A DNA stretch of 64,000 nt from Asterias rubens (Eukaryota), in assembly GCF_902459465.1 (NCBI RefSeq), contig NW_022985708.1:1-64000 (forward strand), in the 5' to 3' direction. Both the position numbers and the translations under genes were made by a program. The number at the start of each line of letters is the position of its first letter. The first letter of the stretch is position 1. The notes under the pieces are model-generated. The model ran no database searches. It saw only the letters and a list, made by a program, of their open reading frames with translations, and was not told where the DNA came from. Positions 47,580 to 60,702 of the stretch are shown here, piece by piece.

Positions 47580-49739
47580 GTTACAACAAAAATATACATT
47601 TGTTTATATTGATAGTTTTATTGTTAACGGTAAAGAATTTTGTTTTCAAGTTACTCTGCTGTTGTGAAAAAATAAAATGGAAAATTAATATATATCAGAG
47701 AGAAGAATTGTAAGTTTGAGTTACTATTGTCATTTTGTTTCCACAAAAAACAACCCTTATTTAAATGGTTTAAAACAATTAAATTACTTGCATTTGCAAT
47801 TGGAAAATTTAACAGGCAAAATTATTAAGTTAAAAATTCATTTCAGTCAAAAAGAACTGTTAAAAACAAAACTTTTATAAGATTTAATGGGCTGGAAAGT
47901 CCAAGAATCCACTTTATGGAATTAATATGGCAAAAAGTTCCTTGTGTGTGTGGGTGTCTTTTTCTAGAAGAGCTAGGTTCAGATCAAAATGTGTGCACAA
48001 ACATATGGGGCGCTGTGATCCATAGCTCCCCATTGCTTTATGCACAGTTCTCTCATTTTGGCCAATAGAGGGCGCTATTTTCTAGACAATTTTTTTAATT
48101 AGGCATAATTAATTAGTGTGCAGTTTTTTCCACTGGCGAATTTTGGATTCTTATTTAGGACCATCAGAAGTAACTCTGTGCAAAAAATCAGGTAGATTCC
48201 AAGGGTGGACTACAGAATTAAAAAAATAGAGCTCTTTTTGAGGTTCAGCCCACGGTCTACATTCAGTGGAATCCAATGGGATCCCATTCTGCAGGGTACA
48301 ATGGGATCCCAGTTAGTGGGGTCCAATGGGATCCCATTCAGTAAGAGGCAACGGGATCCCATTCAGCTGGTCCCAATAGGATCCCATTCTGCATGATCCA
48401 ACGGGATCCCATTCAGCGGGGACTAATGGGATCCCATTCAGTGAGAGGCAATGGGATCCCATTCAGCTGGTCCCAATGGGATCCCATTCTGCAGGATCCA
48501 ACGGGATCCCATTCTGCAGGGTCCAATGGGATCCCAGTTAGTGGGGTCCAATCTGCCTTTCAACTTGCTATATAATTTTCCAGCTGGTTCTCTTCAATTT
48601 ATATTTTTATATATGTATTTTCTACAACTGTGTGCTGTATTTTTCCATTTCCTACAATATTTTGCAATTACAATCAGAATACATGTACGTAACGCTTTGC
48701 CTCAATTTAGGGATCCAGCGGGATCCAATCAGCGGGGTCCAATGGGATCCCATTCAGTGAGACGCAATGGGATCCCATTCAGCGGGGTCCAATGGGATCC
48801 CATTCAGTGAGGTCCAATGGGATCCCATTCAGTGGGGTCCAATGGGATCCCATTCAGTGAGACGCAATGGGATCCCATTCAGTGGGGTCCAATGGGATCC
48901 CATTCAGTGGGGTCCAATGGGATCCCATTCAGCGGGGTCCAATGGGATCCCATTCAGTGGGGTTCAATGGAATCCCATTCAGTGGAATCCAATGGGATCC
49001 CATTCTGCAGGGTACAATGGGATCCCAGTTAGTGGGGTCCAATGGGATCCCATTCAGTAAGAGGCAACGGGATCCCATTCAGCTGGTCCCAATAGGATCC
49101 CATTCTGCATGATCCAACGGGATCCCATTCAGCGGGGACTAATGGGATCCCATTCAGTGAGAGGCAATGGGATCCCATTCAGCTGGTCCCAATGGGATCC
49201 CATTCTGCAGGATCCAACGGGATCCCATTCTGCAGGGTCCAATGGGATCCCAGTTAGTGGGGTCCAATGGGATCCCATTCAGTAAGAGGCAACGGGATCC
49301 CATTCAGCTGGTCCCAATGGGATCCCATTCTGTAGGATCCAACGGGATCCCATTCAGCTGGTCCCAATAGGATCCCATTCAGCAGGTACCCAACAGGATC
49401 CCATTCAGTGGGGTCCAATGGGATCCCATTCTGCGGGATCCAACGGGATTCCATTCAGCAGGACCCAACGGGATCCCATTCAGCAGGACCCAACAGGATC
49501 CCATTCAGCAGGACCCAACGGGATCCCATTCAGCAGGATCCCATTGAAGTGGATAGTCTCAATGGAATTTTGGGAGATAGGATCCCGTTAGGTCCCATAG
49601 AATCGGATCCCGTTGGGTCCTGTTTAACGGGATCCCGTTGGCTCACTTTCAGTTGGACCCAACGGGATCCCATTGTCCCAATTTCCAATGGGATCCAGTT
49701 CAATGGGATCCCGTTGGATCTTGTTCAACGGGATTCAAC

Positions 49740-49757
49740 TGGATTTTTCTCCTGGGG
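49740..49757 (+). mobile_element. Probable right terminus (CCC-type CMC end) of the element carrying the BEN gene
   Basis: The satellite ends in TTTTTCTCCTGGG (reverse complement CCCAGGAGAAAAA), like the CCCAGG start at 59334. The matching left end is not in the window. Confidence 0.45.
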
Positions 49758-49906
49758 AAGTACATGTATTGTCAACGCAGCTTGGTGGTGTATCCCTGAA
49801 ATGCGATAGTTGGACAGCTGTCATACATATCAGTCACAATATGCTCTTCTTAGCTACCAAAATGACCTTATTTGTTAATGTATTTTTTTACTCTTTTTTT
49901 CTCTAG

Positions 49907-50013
49907 ACAATTTTCAGCAGTAGGTTCTGCAGAAACTGCAGAAACTGGAAGATGTGCAGGCCCAGATAGTTGATATGCTGGCAAACCTGGCAAAATCATC
50001 AGCAACTACACGG
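49907..50013 (+). other. Orphan exon encoding a short coiled coil (VLQKLQKLEDVQAQIVDMLANL), next to the gap
   Basis: Polypyrimidine tract plus AG acceptor(s) at 49906 or 49923, and donor GTAGGT at 50014. Resembles the middle of CMC accessory proteins. Confidence 0.3.
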
Positions 50014-50031
50014 GTAGGTCCTGCCGACCTG

Positions 50032-50531
50032 NNNNNNNNNNNNNNNNNNNNNNNNNNNNNNNNNNNNNNNNNNNNNNNNNNNNNNNNNNNNNNNNNNNNN
50101 NNNNNNNNNNNNNNNNNNNNNNNNNNNNNNNNNNNNNNNNNNNNNNNNNNNNNNNNNNNNNNNNNNNNNNNNNNNNNNNNNNNNNNNNNNNNNNNNNNNN
50201 NNNNNNNNNNNNNNNNNNNNNNNNNNNNNNNNNNNNNNNNNNNNNNNNNNNNNNNNNNNNNNNNNNNNNNNNNNNNNNNNNNNNNNNNNNNNNNNNNNNN
50301 NNNNNNNNNNNNNNNNNNNNNNNNNNNNNNNNNNNNNNNNNNNNNNNNNNNNNNNNNNNNNNNNNNNNNNNNNNNNNNNNNNNNNNNNNNNNNNNNNNNN
50401 NNNNNNNNNNNNNNNNNNNNNNNNNNNNNNNNNNNNNNNNNNNNNNNNNNNNNNNNNNNNNNNNNNNNNNNNNNNNNNNNNNNNNNNNNNNNNNNNNNNN
50501 NNNNNNNNNNNNNNNNNNNNNNNNNNNNNNN
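50032..50531. other. Assembly gap (500 N)
   Basis: Run of N. Confidence 1.
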
Positions 50532-51275
50532 CCTGAAACTTGCCATAATGTTTATTCTACCGAAGTTTCCATGATGACGTTAAACAAAATCAACACTAGA
50601 GGGTGTTTTTGACTTGTTTTGCATATTCTGTTGTCACAAATTGTATTTTCCCCAGAATTTCTATCTTGTTTTGTCCTATAATCTTACAAAATTTGGCAAA
50701 CTTGTTTATTTTGACATACTCAACATGGTTACAACTTTTGTTCATACTGGAGTCACTTTAGTTGAGGGTGCTATAATCCATTAATTTAATATTGGGTACA
50801 GGGCAACTGCTACAACAATTCACTGTACATAATGAAATAAACTGAATTTAAATTGAATTATTGTGTAGGTCTGTGTAGGTATAAACTACTATTCCCAAAT
50901 ATTTAGGAAAATATGTAAATAAGTAATTATTTAGTCTTTAAATATCATCTCTAAATTTTTTAATCTTTTAAATATGTTTGGTTAAATTTAAATAATGCCA
51001 TGCATCTTTGTTAATAAGTACATGTAATGCGATAAAGGACCGCGCCTTCGGTTTGACAATGACCCTCCACTCTCTTTTATTCTCTTTTAAGATATGTCTG
51101 TTCCGAGCTTGGCAATCATCAAATTATGAATTTTTTATGATTTTTTTTTATTGTTTGATTATATAGGTTCTGAAACATTCTGAAACATCTGCTACATAAT
51201 ATCAAACCTGAGTTGTATTAAGTCCATATAGAGCTATTCAAATACTAATTCAAATACAGTGGCAAGTTGACCATC

Positions 51276-54200
51276 ATGCCAGTTTATACAATTTGGAGCA
51301 GTGACAGGGAGCTAAGAAAAAGCATCGTGGCCAGCAGCTTTCACGAGATACTTGAAAAAGGTATTTGTACTGTCATCTTACCACTTTTTGTAAAGTTATG
51401 TTGTGTTTTTACGTTTTAGCTTTAATTAACTGCTAGAATTACTACTATTCCTCATGGAAAAGGGGACATTTATAATTTTACCCAAAACTATTAGTAATTG
51501 TGCAGGCCAAGGCCTTTCATGCATCAGTTCATTAGCCCAACATTAGGTACTTGGATAGGGAACTGACACAGATTTAAGTCAAGTAGTTCAATATGTGATC
51601 ATTTCATTCTTTTGTATCAGTAAAACATCACATCAATACAATTGTATTATTATTATTGTTTGTTTGATTTTGAGGGCGCTATTTTATCATTTACCAGGCA
51701 CTTATTCATGACGTTATTACAGGACTTAGAGAAACACAATTCGCACCTGACTGTGACAAGTAAAAAACCTAAACCATCGCATCTTCCTGAACTTAGGTCA
51801 CAAATGTTTATATATGAAGCTTCCACTATGGTGCTGGGTCACCTCTTCCAAACACTTGTCAAACATTGATCACATCTTTTGTAGGAAAAGCCAAGTTTGA
51901 TCTCAAGAGTCATGTGGAGGCGAGAGAGGTGACGGAAGAAGATGGTACAGACATTGACGAGGATGAAGTCCTACAGGAAATTGGGACTGGAACAACTTCC
52001 TGATACTTCTTAAAACGGGAGAAACTTGGAAACCAGCTGAACTGTTGTCGCCAGTAGTTAACAAAAGTGTACATGATGCTCCTGAATTACATCTTGTCGA
52101 AACAAGAACAAGTCAACCAAGCACACAATCTGCAAGCTCATCTATGGTCAATCAGAATATCCGAGTCATCTCCCACTATCCCCCTTCAGCCCAGCGGGTA
52201 TCGCAAACCCTTTCATCGGGGAAGGAGTGCGTGGTTTGGAGGGAAATGATATCTGAGGCTGCAAACTTCTACTTAGGCAAGCACCCAAATCTGAGCAGTG
52301 CTACAGAATATGGCTGTATTGGCAGGAAAATGTTTGGCACCTTTCCATCTATACGACGTGATGGAGAACTTGAATGGGTATGAGTCCATTGTTTTGCTTT
52401 TTATAGTAGTTGAAAGAGACATGGTCTCCAAAAACACATGTGGTTGAAGAAAAAATTGCAAATGAATTTGTTCACCCGCAGTGCGCAAAGAATGACATAC
52501 TAAAACAGACATGCTGAAATCGAAGTTGTGAATGTGCCTTAGTTGCAAAATTCAAAAATGTCTAACAAATTTTTACATGTTTCCATTGATTTGGTCATAA
52601 CTCGATCGTCCCACCTATCATTTTTGGTACTTTCAATGCCCAAGATGTTTTTTTTTACAAGATTTCTATTTTCATAGTTTGCATACATGTACAACCAAAA
52701 TGGCCACCAATTTAACGATTTATCATTGATTTGGTCATAAAGTTGGTACTTTAAATGCTTAAAATTTACATATCATGGTGGGTAATGCCAGTGCATATGC
52801 TTCTACACAAGATTATATATAGACCCTTGATTACATGCAAACTACAACACTCTAACCAAGGGATAGCTATGCCTAGATAAGCCTGAGGAAAAAATTACTT
52901 TAGAAATTTAAAGTAGTCAAAATGTTATGTAGGACAAGTTATATGGCAAAAACGATGGAAACATGTAAAATTGAAAGACATTTTTTAATTATATATTTTA
53001 GGCATATTCCCACTTATTTACTTGGGTTTTATGCGGAGTTTTAGTATGTCACTCTAGGGAACTTACCAAAATGCATGCACTTTAATGAAGACACATCTGT
53101 TGCAATTTGTTTGAGGTTTACATAACAAAATGAGGTAGTTTGCCTAGACTAATACTACTATAATAGATGCCTGTTAATACAAGCCCCGTATATTGTTGGG
53201 AGAACTTTGCAAGCTTTGAATACAAAACAGTGTTATTTGGATTAAAACACCAATGACTAGCTTTCAACCAGATGAGAGTGGACAGTCACCCAGTCACAAT
53301 TTAATTGTGGCTTATGCAAGCTAAATTAATTTTAAAAGGGAATTTATTAACCTTGACCTCTTTTGTTGACCTTGTTTTTAGTGAACTAAGTCGTTTCAAA
53401 CATTTTCAACACAAATGTGGCTTTTCAATATCTATGGGTATTTAAGGAATAACAACTTCACACCAGACCCATTTCTAATCGTACATTATTCTTTGTCTCT
53501 TTTGTTTGTTCCAGTCCTTCTTCACCAAATGCCTATCACAGAGAATCAGACATATTAGGTGGGCGGATAAAAAGCGGACACACCCGTTGAACATAAGTCA
53601 AGATGGTTCTGGCAAGTGCCTCGTGTTGCCCCTATGCTTTGCAGCTCAAATGAGTCTACAGATCAATCGATTGAAGATTACGAGAAGCATCTTACTGAAA
53701 TACAGCAGGAATGGAACAAAGGAAAGAAGAGAAGCATCACACATCTGAAGATGCTACTTCAGGAGGCCTTCCACAACAACCAAGAGTGGATTAGAGGGCT
53801 CCCAGACTCGGAATTTGCACAAATTTTGAGAAAGATTCCTTGCTACGAAGACGGTGAAATGGTAAGTCATGGCATGTCTTATATTTTAGTTATACAGATA
53901 AAAGGACGCACCATTCATAACAAGTAAATGTTGTTCCCACACAGTAGGTAAAGTAGGATATGGAACATAGCTCTTCTGGATCCCCAAAGACCCTAGCACT
54001 CCATGAGGCCTCTTAGAATATGGAATGCATTTGCTGTATGTTTTTTAGTCCAAATACCGTTTGAGGGATTGAAAGCAACCTCCCATCCAACAGACTGTTC
54101 AACAAATTAAGTGCATCATGCAGTAGATGCAAAGGCCATACAAAAATAATTTCTGGAAAATTCAAATTACAGTGTGGGGGAGGGGGGCATCTGGTGTGGA

Positions 54201-57200
54201 ACCTGAGGTAGGTTGAGCATGCCATTCTTGGGGTAGGGGTTGGTCCCTCTTTAGCTACCTTATGGTGCTGCACGTGATGCAACACAGGCCTTACCCTTCA
54301 GTGTTTGTTTTCGTAGCACACCAGTCTAGTATACTGTGCTTTTTACTAGCCCGCAGACACTGTTAGTTGCCTAGATTGTAACCTGTGCATTTTTTATAGT
54401 CTGTCTGAGATATATTCTTAGTGATATTTATACCTTATATTTGTGTTATATTCGCTGTCATTTTCAACATTTGTTCTCACAATCAATTTTGTGGAATATT
54501 CCACAAAATTGATTGTGGGAACAATGACAACGACAAAAATGACAGTGAAGACGAAGTGATTATGGTTTAATAAAGTTACAAGGTTACAAGAATTTGTTTT
54601 AATTTCCTGTATTACATCTGAAAACAAAACTTTTTTTAAGTTGCCCACCGGGCAAGTTGAGAAGTGGGTTTTACTAGCCCACAGTAGTTTTTCTACTAGA
54701 CAATGTATACCGGGCTAGTGTTATAATGTTCGCTGACTGGTGCAGCAAAACAAGATATCTATGCAATTTTGCATTATTTTTTATCTATATTACAATTTGG
54801 TATTTTAAACAGGTAAATGAAGACTTTAAGAGGATTGTTGGAGATAAGCAATTTCGAATGATACCCAACAACATCAAGGTGTTAATGGAAGCTGTGGAAA
54901 GTCTCATGCCCGAGTCATCACGTACAGAGGTAGGTATAACACTTATCTTGGTATGACACTTATTTTGAAATAAATACAGAATTTTTACCCATGACCTTTC
55001 GCATTCTAGAGCATACCTCTTCTATCACCGAGCTTGCCCAATAAAAGCCAGTAAGAACCCTACATGTATGTACCGGCGGGATTCTTACATAGGATTCTCA
55101 ATGGCCTCTAGATAAGGGGCAAGCTTGGTTAGGGGGTCTGTTCTAGAAGGCCGTGGCTTCAAATCCTGCTTGAGACATTTATGGATTTTTGTCACAGCAC
55201 TCGTAAAGCGCCGAGTTCACTGTGCTTTATGTACATCATGTATGAGGGCAAAAGTATTGTTTAACATTCCCCCTGATGCAAGAATTACAGTATTCAATGA
55301 ATGTTGCTATTGATTTCCCTTCAAGAATTTTGACTAAAATCACCCAGAATTGGCAAAATCAATGACAATTTATTTTTAATTAAGTTTTTTAGTGCTTTAC
55401 TTGCTTTAGACATGACAAACTTAAATGTTGTCATTTCAAAAGCATAAGATTTGTTTACCACATTATTGGTCAAGTGTCTGGAAGTGATTCCATACTTTAC
55501 TAAAATCAACATATATAACCAGCCTGTGAAAATCTCAGCTCATGTAGTTATTTCTTTTACGACAAAACAGTGAAGTGCATTCAGCATTTTGTATTCATTT
55601 TAATGGCCACATGGTTTGTTTTTGTAGAAAAATACAAATTTTTGACCTTATTTTATTAACTATTTGCAATCGATAACACATTAGGCAGAAATATTTTAAG
55701 GACAGTTTTCTACCATCATCATCTTTGTACCATGTTCTTGTAAATCTGTGAACATTTACTGAGAGAATGATTGAAGTGATCAAACACATAGAGAAGGCAA
55801 CAGCATTCGATAAAGGGAAAGGCGTCAAAACTCGGAAGATCATCACTGTTAAAGAGGTAACTGTAAATGGTATAAATTTCTGTCTCAAGGTGAATTGAGC
55901 CATGGAGGAAAGAGACAGGTTGTAGTCATGGACCCTGGTGCTCCAGGTTCAATGCTGTAGTTAAGGTCTGAAAGTGAAGACCTGAAGAACTAACTGACAC
56001 CTGTGTGGGTCTTACTGGTCTTCGCATCCCTCTTGGGTTTGACACCCTGTGGTCTCAGTCTTTGTTTCCGTTCAAGAGTATAGATTTTGATTTTTTGCAT
56101 AATTATTAAAAGCTCTTTCTCTGAGAAAGGACAGTTGTTATCATTCAGTGTTGTAGGTCTGGTCTCGCTGCTCGAGACCGTTATTTTTGCGGTCTTGGGT
56201 CTTGGTTTCGGCCTGCAAAAGTCTCGGTCTCAGAAGGGCTGGTCTCAGTTTCGGGAGGGGAGGCCTCGGCTGTCAATGTCTCGGTCTCAACCCTCAAGAC
56301 ACTACAACAAGTAACGCTATTTTATGTACATAAATTAAGCAACGCCAACAACTCATCAACTCATCAGACTTCGAAATGCCATCGTAATTGGTTTTTCAAC
56401 CCTCGGCAATAAATACAGACATTATGTTCGCTCACCCCCCTATGCAAACATGCAATGTCATATACATTCATGCAGTACAAGAAGGAGGTTTTGATGAAAA
56501 TTCTGCACTTGGTTAATTTCCCCATTGGCCCAAGTGGAGAATTTTGTCAGTAAGCGCAGAATTCTGCAGTAAGCAGAGCCATGAAAATGGGCCCAGGTTG
56601 GTGTATAATAGTGGCACCTTTCCCTGTCTTTGGACCCGGTTTGAATCCCGGACATGGGCCTTGCATATGAATTAGATTTTCAGCCCTACCTGAAGTCACA
56701 GGATTTATCTGAACTGGATTTTTGGTTCAAATAAATCACATGATCTTTGGAGTTAGTTCTACTTCTAGTGGTCTAAAAAGTGTATTACTGAACCAAATTC
56801 AAATCTGATTGTTCACATTTACCCATTTCAATTTTTGAATAGTGAAATTTGCCCAATTTCTTTAAAAGTTATGGGTTAGGTTGGTCCATACTGACAGCAT
56901 TGAATGTATTTTAAATAGTCACCAGGCATGTGGCTGGGTTATACCACCAATTTCAAGTAGGGGTGTTTTTGGACTGTTGTAAGTGCTCAACATTAACCGC
57001 ATACTATATTGTTGAGATGAGACAGTGGTCTTGTGGAAAATAAACAAATCAGCATGTGGGAAAACAATTTATTCTTTGCAGTGTTGCCAGACATTTTTCC
57101 ACTTTTGGCTTGAGTTTTAATGATGTGAAAACACTACTTATGGTAACCACCTTTGTTATCAACATTTATTGAAAATGAAATATTTTGTTATCAAAATAGC

Positions 57201-59043
57201 TCAGCTGTAATGGTAAGTTAATTACAAAAAGGCACTGGAGTGTTGCCATAACTGCGTGTTAACCTGAACAAGAATGGGGGATCAATCTTTGCACTCACTC
57301 CCCCACCCACACCCCCGCAACATTTTTATGTAATTTCTTAAACCTGTAGCTGGTCATCATGAGACTTGCTAACTTTATGGTAAATCTTTGCATCTTGGCA
57401 TTTTTGTTTTGCCATGACAACCAAAATATTTTGAATTGTATTTTTTTTTTTCATGAATTTTGTTTATTGGTCATATTTTCTCTTGAAGAAAAGAAGGCTT
57501 CTGAACAAAATCCTGGAAAAATACCATTGTTACCAACAACAAAATAAGGCGATATGCCGAGTTAGGGTAAAGTTAGCAAGTCTTGTGCCGATCAGCTGCA
57601 AGTTTAGGAAATCACAGGAAAATACTGTGTGTGTGTTTGTGGGGGGGGGGGGGGGGGGGGGCAGCATGATCTCCACTGCTTTTTTTCAGGTTAAACCCCA
57701 GTGATGGTAACACTCAAGTGGTTTACTTTAATTGACCATTACAGCTGATCTAATTTGATATAAGATTTAGTTTAATTTCAATTTTTATTTTATTAAAAAA
57801 GTTGTATACAGGGTAAGTGTCCGGCATCACTGCAAAAAATTAAGTATTTCCCCCAGCTATTTTGTTATTTTTTCCACACAAGACCAAGTGGACGATGTTC
57901 AAATCAGAACACTACCATTTTTATGCTTGAAAAAGTAAAAACTAAAAAAAAACTATTTCAAATGATTGGCATAACCCATCTCTGTGCTGACCCAGCCACA
58001 TGTTGATTATTTTATACATAAATTTTAAAGGCAAATTTCACTTATCAAAAATTGGGGAAAAGGGTGAAACCACCCTGAAATAGTTATTTGTGCTATTTCT
58101 ATGGCAACAAGTTGTTTATTAAGAAAATGTTCAAACCAAAGGTCAAACAATGTAAGTATGAAGGAAGTCTGTTTTTGACCGTGGCCACCATATGTTTATT
58201 TACAGTCCCTTACTTAGTCCCTAAGGTCTCAAAACTCGTCTTATGATTTACTTCAAAATTGTTCTCATTATTTGAGAAAAGATTTTGAGTATCTTTTAGT
58301 ACCTACAGGGATCCGAAAATTTTTGTTTTATTTGTTTGTTCGTTTTTTTTTTTTTTTAATTATTGTTTTTTTTTGGTATTATTATTTGTTTTTATTTGGA
58401 AGGGGGGGGGGGGGGGGGGGGGGGGTGGCGATCAAGGTATTTAACCAGGGTAAACCAAACTTATTAGACATATTATATGGGCTTCATTTTGGTAGCCCAA
58501 CTGGGTCTGCCCCTGAAGGCTACTAGCATGAATTTTCATGTAGTAATTTTGAAACTTTTTGGAGCCTCTGTTTTTCGTTCTGCAACAACATACCCGTGGA
58601 AAATTATTTTGTTGCCAAGTGCGGACTATGCATATTGTAAATTGCTTTCATATTTCAAACATTTAACTTTCAGGACGTACAAGATGACGAAGTTGATGAC
58701 ACCTTGAAAACTGACGATAGACAGCCACCTAAATTCATGATCATCAAAAGTGACGGCAAGATCAGGGGAGTTTTCATCGTTGGAGATGGTGTCCACATTT
58801 CTTGTAGTAAAACAGTCGCAGACGCTGTAATCACGCTGCTGCTGGGTGTGTATTATGTTTTTGATTTGGAGTACCCCAAAATATATTCACAACTTCTTGG
58901 TACACTCCAGACTCATTGTATTGGTGGGGTGCAATTTGAAGGGAAAAAAAAGTTCAAAGTATAAGGTCTTCAGCAACACACTGCGCCAAAAGCTGGCAGT
59001 AGCATTATCATCAACTTCCATCAGTGGAAATTCTGTTGACTAA
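51276..59043 (+). pseudogene. CIDE-N-like domain fused to an SAMD3-like CMC accessory protein, several frameshifts
   Basis: Exons 51276-51360 (MPVYTIWSSDRELRKSIVASSFHEILEK), 51885-52377 (EEDGTDIDEDEVL..LILLKTGETWKP; frameshift at ~52000), ~53515-53861 (frameshift ~53610), ~54812-54929, ~55700-55857 and ~58674-59043 (GVYYVFDLEYPKIY; poly-A slip ~58950). Confidence 0.7.
56146..56312. mobile_element. hAT-like MITE with GGTCTC/GAGACC internal repeats
   Basis: CAGTGTTGTAG ... CTACAACA ends with many GGTCTC motifs between. Confidence 0.4.
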
Positions 59044-60702
59044 TCCTTTAAATGTTTCAATTTGGCCAAAATTTAAAGGATTTCGCATTGGATTCCTGTC
59101 TACTTGAGCATTTTCTGAACAAACAAGTTTAAAGTTTCACAAGTTCGTTTCAGTATTTTGATTCTGATGTTTACAGAACTTTGAATTATACCTTTAATTT
59201 CTGAAAACCGTTTTGGGGCACAAAAACCTTACAATGTACCTTTCAAATTAAAGGTTATTTTTAAGGCTTTAAAAGACTGTGTTAAACATTTGACATTTTA
59301 ACATGTTTTTAGGTGTTTATACTGATGTAGAATCCCAGGTAGCAAGCCAACGTTGGTCCAACGTTGGAAACTCGCAACTTGTTGGACGTTGGAAAAACTG
59401 GTTGGTCCAACGTTGCGGCAACGTCGGATTTCATTTGCTATAACGTTGGAATCTTTGGTTGGTTTCACGTGTTTCCAATGTTGGAAACTTGTTGGGAGTA
59501 AATGAGAAATATTTTGTTGAAGAAGAAATGGTCGGGGTGGGGGATGCTGCTGGAAATTACGTCTACTGGATATATTTTGTTAAACCCAAGTACCATTTCC
59601 ATTGTTAATTCATGTTTCTGATTGTGTGTAGTATGCTTGAACAATAAAAAAATACATGTATCTCATAAACATTTGAAGGAAAAAATAACAATATTTTATT
59701 CAGGCAGTTTTTAAGATATACAGACACACTGGCGGATCTATAATTTTTTTTGGGGGCCGGCCTAAAAGTCAAAATTTCAGTAAAATAGTTAAACAGAGAA
59801 AACACGAAAAGAAAAACATTCACATAAAACTAACATGGTTAAGGCATTCCCCTTCCTTCTCTCCTCTCCCTTTTCTTTCCTTTTCCTACTGTTTTTTACA
59901 ATTCCTTTTGCGGGGGGGGGGGGGGGGGGGGGAGCTTTGGTCTGTGGATGCAAGAGTTACACCAAAAACAGACTTGTTCCCAATACGTATTGGGAGCACC
60001 GTGTTTGTATAGTATTGTTGTATTAGCACTTGCAAAGCAAACAGTGTAGAGACTGGAAGCCAGTTTATTCCCCATTCTAGGCTGGTTCCCACATCCAATG
60101 CTGCACATAAATGTCAAGTACAGTGCAGGGAACTAGTCTGGCTGTGGGCACATGTGTGCATATACACATGGTCATACACACCACCACGTTGTTCATTCAT
60201 CATAAGCACTCTGTTCCTTGACCTCGCCTCGTTATTTACCACAAAAATCTATCTGCTTTTGAGTGTGATTTGTTTCCACATTTTGACCCAGGTCGTCCTG
60301 CGTTATATTTATATGTTGCATTGGTTTCTTCAGTACAATTGTGGGTATGTATCAGGTCATTATTATTTGTTCCATTGACTTGAAATTGCAGCTTTTTAGG
60401 CCACGTTTTTTATCAAAATGATGGATGGCTGTCACGAAAGTACTACTAGTACTACTACTACTAGTACTATAGTGTCAGCGTTTTGCTTTCATTTTCAACA
60501 TGGTCAAATGTAAATCAACGTGTAAAATTGGTAGCTGTTTGAAAATACTGACTTTATATGAAGTTATATGGATGTTAGCCTTCAGCTGTCATAGGAATAT
60601 TCACTGTCTTCATTCCTTACTATATAACCTCACATTATAGCTGAGCTAGATGGGTCTACGACTTGTTGCATGTAGGGCAGGCCACCTTTGTAAAATTTCA
60701 GC

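Larger units (their letters stand above)
40438..48259 (+). mobile_element. Full-length AcademX DNA transposon (7822 bp)
   Basis: Perfect 15-bp TIR TAGACCGTGGGCTGA / TCAGCCCACGGTCTA, inner matches GTAGTCCACC and GAATCTAC, and a 3-bp TSD CAT (40435-40437 and 48260-48262). Confidence 0.92.
40375..49750. repeat. ~22-25 bp satellite with 14-bp palindrome AATGGGATCCCATT (40375-40437 and 48260-~49750), split by AcademX
   Basis: Units such as AATGGGATCCCATTCAGTGGGGTCC. A ~260-bp block recurs at ~48290 and ~49010. Unit polarity flips near 49560. Confidence 0.9.

Noticed and set aside
48205-49906. MGSHS../WDPIQ ORFs
   Set aside because: Translations of the GGGATCCC satellite.
49921-49923. Nonsense codon in the orphan exon
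   Set aside because: The TAG may simply be the splice acceptor, so pseudogene status cannot be claimed.
49914-50574. ORFs of ~210 aa on both strands
   Set aside because: Mostly N from the assembly gap.
57640-59935. Poly-G runs (~57640, 58400, 59910) as G-quadruplex elements
   Set aside because: Isolated homopolymers in introns or subterminal DNA, prone to slippage and sequencing error, with no supporting context.
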